Source of the DNA: Selaginella moellendorffii
Taxonomy: Eukaryota > Plantae > Lycopodiophyta
Assembly (NCBI RefSeq): GCF_000143415.4
Contig: NW_003314309.1
Span: 551,459 to 615,458 of the forward strand
Length of the DNA: 64,000 nt
Direction of reading: 5' to 3'
Shown here: in pieces, positions 60,701 through 64,000 of the stretch
Numbering within the stretch: the first letter of the stretch is position 1
Layout of the letters: each line of letters starts with the position of its first letter
Translations under genes and position numbers: made by a program
The notes under the pieces: generated by a model
What the model saw: the letters and a program-made list of their open reading frames with translations, nothing else
Database searches by the model: none
What the model was told of the DNA's origin: nothing

Positions 60701-63700
60701 AATATCAATTTTACAGAGAGACATCTCATTTCACTCGAATCTCAACCTCAATAATGTCAACGACAAGGCATCACTTCAATGCCATCAACACTAAAATAAA
60801 GCTAGAAGAAAGCACGAGTGAATCACCACTCAAAGCTCTCTAGCAACTAAGCTAACCAAAGTCGGAGATATTTTACTCAGTATCCGAGACCAATCTCTCG
60901 ACAATACTTAGTCACAGATAACACTTCATCAAGGAGTGAATCACCACATCCAAGACTCGATGAAATCCAACACCACGAACTAAACGCAACCAAATGATAT
61001 TGACAGAGATAGAGTCGACATGCCAACATGGAAAACCCATGTAAGTCTAACGACACAATCCTCCACAACACCATCCGGTAAAGCAAGCCTATCACTACTA
61101 AATCATCATCGAGTGAAGCAAGTGTCAACAGTCTTTTGACAAAGTCTACAAGCAATTATTAGTCGCAAAGCAACTAACAATCACTCTTTCAACTTGCCTT
61201 CACAAGACCCAAACACTAAACTCACGTCATCGAGTCATACACTTGTCCAACATGAACGTGATACCTCCGGTATGAGATAAAAGTTCATAGACAAGCACAA
61301 ACCAAATGACCACTTGAATCCAACTCAACCATAATAAGCTCACCAAAGCATTTAGCCAATAGCTCTGAGCATGCCTTGAAGAGGCTAGCTATGCATGATC
61401 AACACTCAGTTGAAACTAAAGTGAAGACCATGAGATGGATCCATATCGGTACACAACCTCCTCATAGACAAAGCTACAGTATGGGTATTAACATCTCAAA
61501 CTCAAACAACTAAGTTGAACATCACCATCCTTAGCCAAGGCACAGGGCCACCAAGACCAAGTCAAGATCAATGAAAGCTCACTACTCTCATAGAGTCTAA
61601 CGAAATGCAAAGTGCAACCTGCCACCAAGCATAATACTATAGAAGAAAGGCACAAGGGTCACCTTTTTTAGAAAAGCGCAACGACCACTTTTCTACACTA
61701 ACTCCAGACTTTATCCAACTCAATTGCCTTAGCCCCAAAAGTCAGCATCCCTTTCACGCCGCATCATACAAACTACCTACTAAGGTTTAAGCCAACTGAA
61801 GTCAACTCCAACCCCTTCACTAGTTTGTACTGGCTTACGAAAACGGAATGGTTTTCAGACAAAGTGATAAACAGATCAGCCATTGGAAAAGTCTAAGAAA
61901 ATTTGTGGAAAATTTTTCCATTCTAGAGAAAGAATGACTCTCAGTCTAGAAATGCAAACTTTCAAAACTCAACCAATTTCCTCCTACCAACAACTTCACA
62001 GAGGTTCACCTCAACACAAATTCTCATGACCCATAGTATGCTTAAGCCTCGAACATCTTTTTGCCCATTCTTTCAACATCCAACACTGATATCCATAAAA
62101 ATGCAAATGGAATATCCAAGGCTTGATCACGAAGACCACATCTTCGGATATCCACATTGCATTAACACTCTTCTTCAACCACCTTCAAGATCCAATGTGA
62201 AGCTAAAACACTAACAAGAAAAATGACATGGAAAATCAAGCTCTAAAGAAAATTCCTCATCACTCGAAACAATAATGCCACTTCCACTAACACAAGTGCT
62301 AGCGATATCAATGCTTTAACTACACACTTTTTCCATCCAACAATCTACTCCAAGTGCTAACGGATAAACCAACAAGCTATAGCAAGCGAATGCTACAACC
62401 CTTTTCCAACACCTTAGTGGGCAAACTCAAGGAAACAAGGAACCAATTTAAGCTTAGTATAATGGACCACCATCGAGAATCCAGTCAAAGCTACTATAAT
62501 GCTACTTCATGCAAGTAGACTAGCTTCACCATCAACCACTTTGGGGTTGATCATCGCTTAACCAAGCAACTTCGTAAACACATTGTTCATTATCACATGG
62601 ATATGATATAGAAATTACAATGACTTGATCATTAATTGAGCAACACCACGAGCAATGCCAATGTCATTACTTCAAAGGTTTATGTGAGTATCAAGTGCCA
62701 ACTCAATTCGACAAAATGCAACATAAATGCCACACTCCACCGATAGAGATTTACAACACCAATATCACTAACTTTTGTTCATAACACGGACAAGCTCATG
62801 CCACTCTCTATCCAACCAAACTCAAAACTAATCCAACACCAAGCTACTCAAGGAGCAATAGCAAGGTTCCCCGGAAAAGCATTGAGCATTGTAACCCCAG
62901 TCTCTCAATAGCAAGTCTAGACAAAATGGTTTAACGCTTCACTGCTATCCATCCCACAACTTGCCATTTGTAAGACTATCATCTCCAACATGCATCAAGG
63001 TAGGGACTCTTGATTGCATAATGTGAACACGAGCAATGAATCACACCTCGTTGCAAATCATCTTTCCAAGAAGAGAAGATGATTTACGTGTTTGATCCTT
63101 CGTCCCCGACGACTCTCTTTTCGATCTCGTCTTTTTGACCAAACCTCAAGCTTGCGTTCGCACTGCCTTCAGTCCAATCCAAGAAAAAGTTTATGAGAGA
63201 GCACGGCAATGACTACTTGAACCAATAGACTAATCCCTATAGTCTTGATTGATTCACTTGTAATCATGCCTAGGAAGGATCCACTAGTGCCATGCTAAAC
63301 AGCTACGGACTAGCCTATTTGCCACTCATAGCAAACTCAGGGAAGGTTTGCTCTTACCCACGGTATATGGAACAACTCATGGAACCACTAGAACAACTCA
63401 TGGAACCACTGAGCTAACATTAATCCTACCAACTCAAAGTGTAACTTTAAGTTGCTAATGTGCCTCACTCACGAGCCCAAGCGTAAACTCGTGTAACCGG
63501 AACAACTCAATTCCATCCTATGAGCCCAAGAGCAAGCTCACATTATTAGGTACAAAAGGTAACCAAGATCCATACCCAAGGAATAAATGTGAACCCTTTG
63601 CACCAAACGTGTACCCACTCGGATCATCATTTTCATCTCTGCATATGCAACGAGACTAGTTGCCCAATCTCATTGAATAGTACTCGCTGAGACTCATGCC

Positions 63701-64000
63701 TCTGATACCAAATGTAGCGCATGTGGTTTTGACCCTTTATCCTATGGTGATTTACCATAGGATAACACCACGAAGCGGAACCTAAACCCTCTTTGTGCCA
63801 CGTGACAGATGCCACGTGTCACATGCCACGTGTCCATGCCACGTGTCCACAGGAACTCGAGGTTCAGGGCCTTGGGCCACTGAACGAAGGAACGGTGCCA
63901 AACTCCCAAGCATGGAGCCAAGGAGTGATGGAACCGAACCACAGAGCAACTCCCGAGCACAAAGCCCAAGAAGCGAAGGGACAGGGGCCCGGAGCAACTT

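Larger units (their letters stand above)
43855..64000 (-). mobile_element. Family-B LTR retroelement without intact ORFs (LARD-like); 5' LTR 63713->64000, 3' LTR 43855-58714 split by a DNA transposon
   Basis: tRNA-Met PBS TGGTATCAGAGG on - (63699-63710) next to the LTR at 63713. PPT AAGGGGGGGAGAG on - (58715-58727) next to TGTCGCG at 58714. The two LTRs differ by ~10 substitutions and one 12-bp indel over the ~280 bp that can be compared. Confidence 0.85.

Overview
Plant nuclear DNA. The very short (~40-55 nt) GT-AG introns and tight gene packing suggest a lycophyte such as Selaginella (inference). The window has four parts. (1) 1-8 kb: nested, decayed LTR retroelements. (2) 8-27.4 kb: a gene island with an intronless Crinkler-type NTPase+REase gene, an RNI-like LRR gene, a small uL18-like gene, RPN10, cytosolic HSP90 and two inverted, intronless NPF/PTR transporter copies, one disrupted. 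(3) 28-44 kb: AT-rich Gypsy/LTR remnants. (4) 43.9-64 kb: a young non-coding LTR element whose 3' LTR is split by a 13.7-kb DNA transposon (44719-58433; 22-bp perfect TIR core, 4-bp TSD AATC). The transposon is the most interesting object. It encodes a Sola-like DDD transposase on the + strand. Divergently, it carries one large multi-exon gene that appears to join a ParB/Srx-like domain, a degenerate beta-class amino-DNA-methyltransferase-like domain, an acidic region and an FCP1/HAD phosphatase domain. About 30 copies of a 22-bp palindrome (ATGGCRTGNGGCCNCAYGCCAT) are scattered through it, several inside its tiny introns, and I saw none outside the TIRs. All domain calls come from reading motifs by eye and need HMM or structure confirmation.
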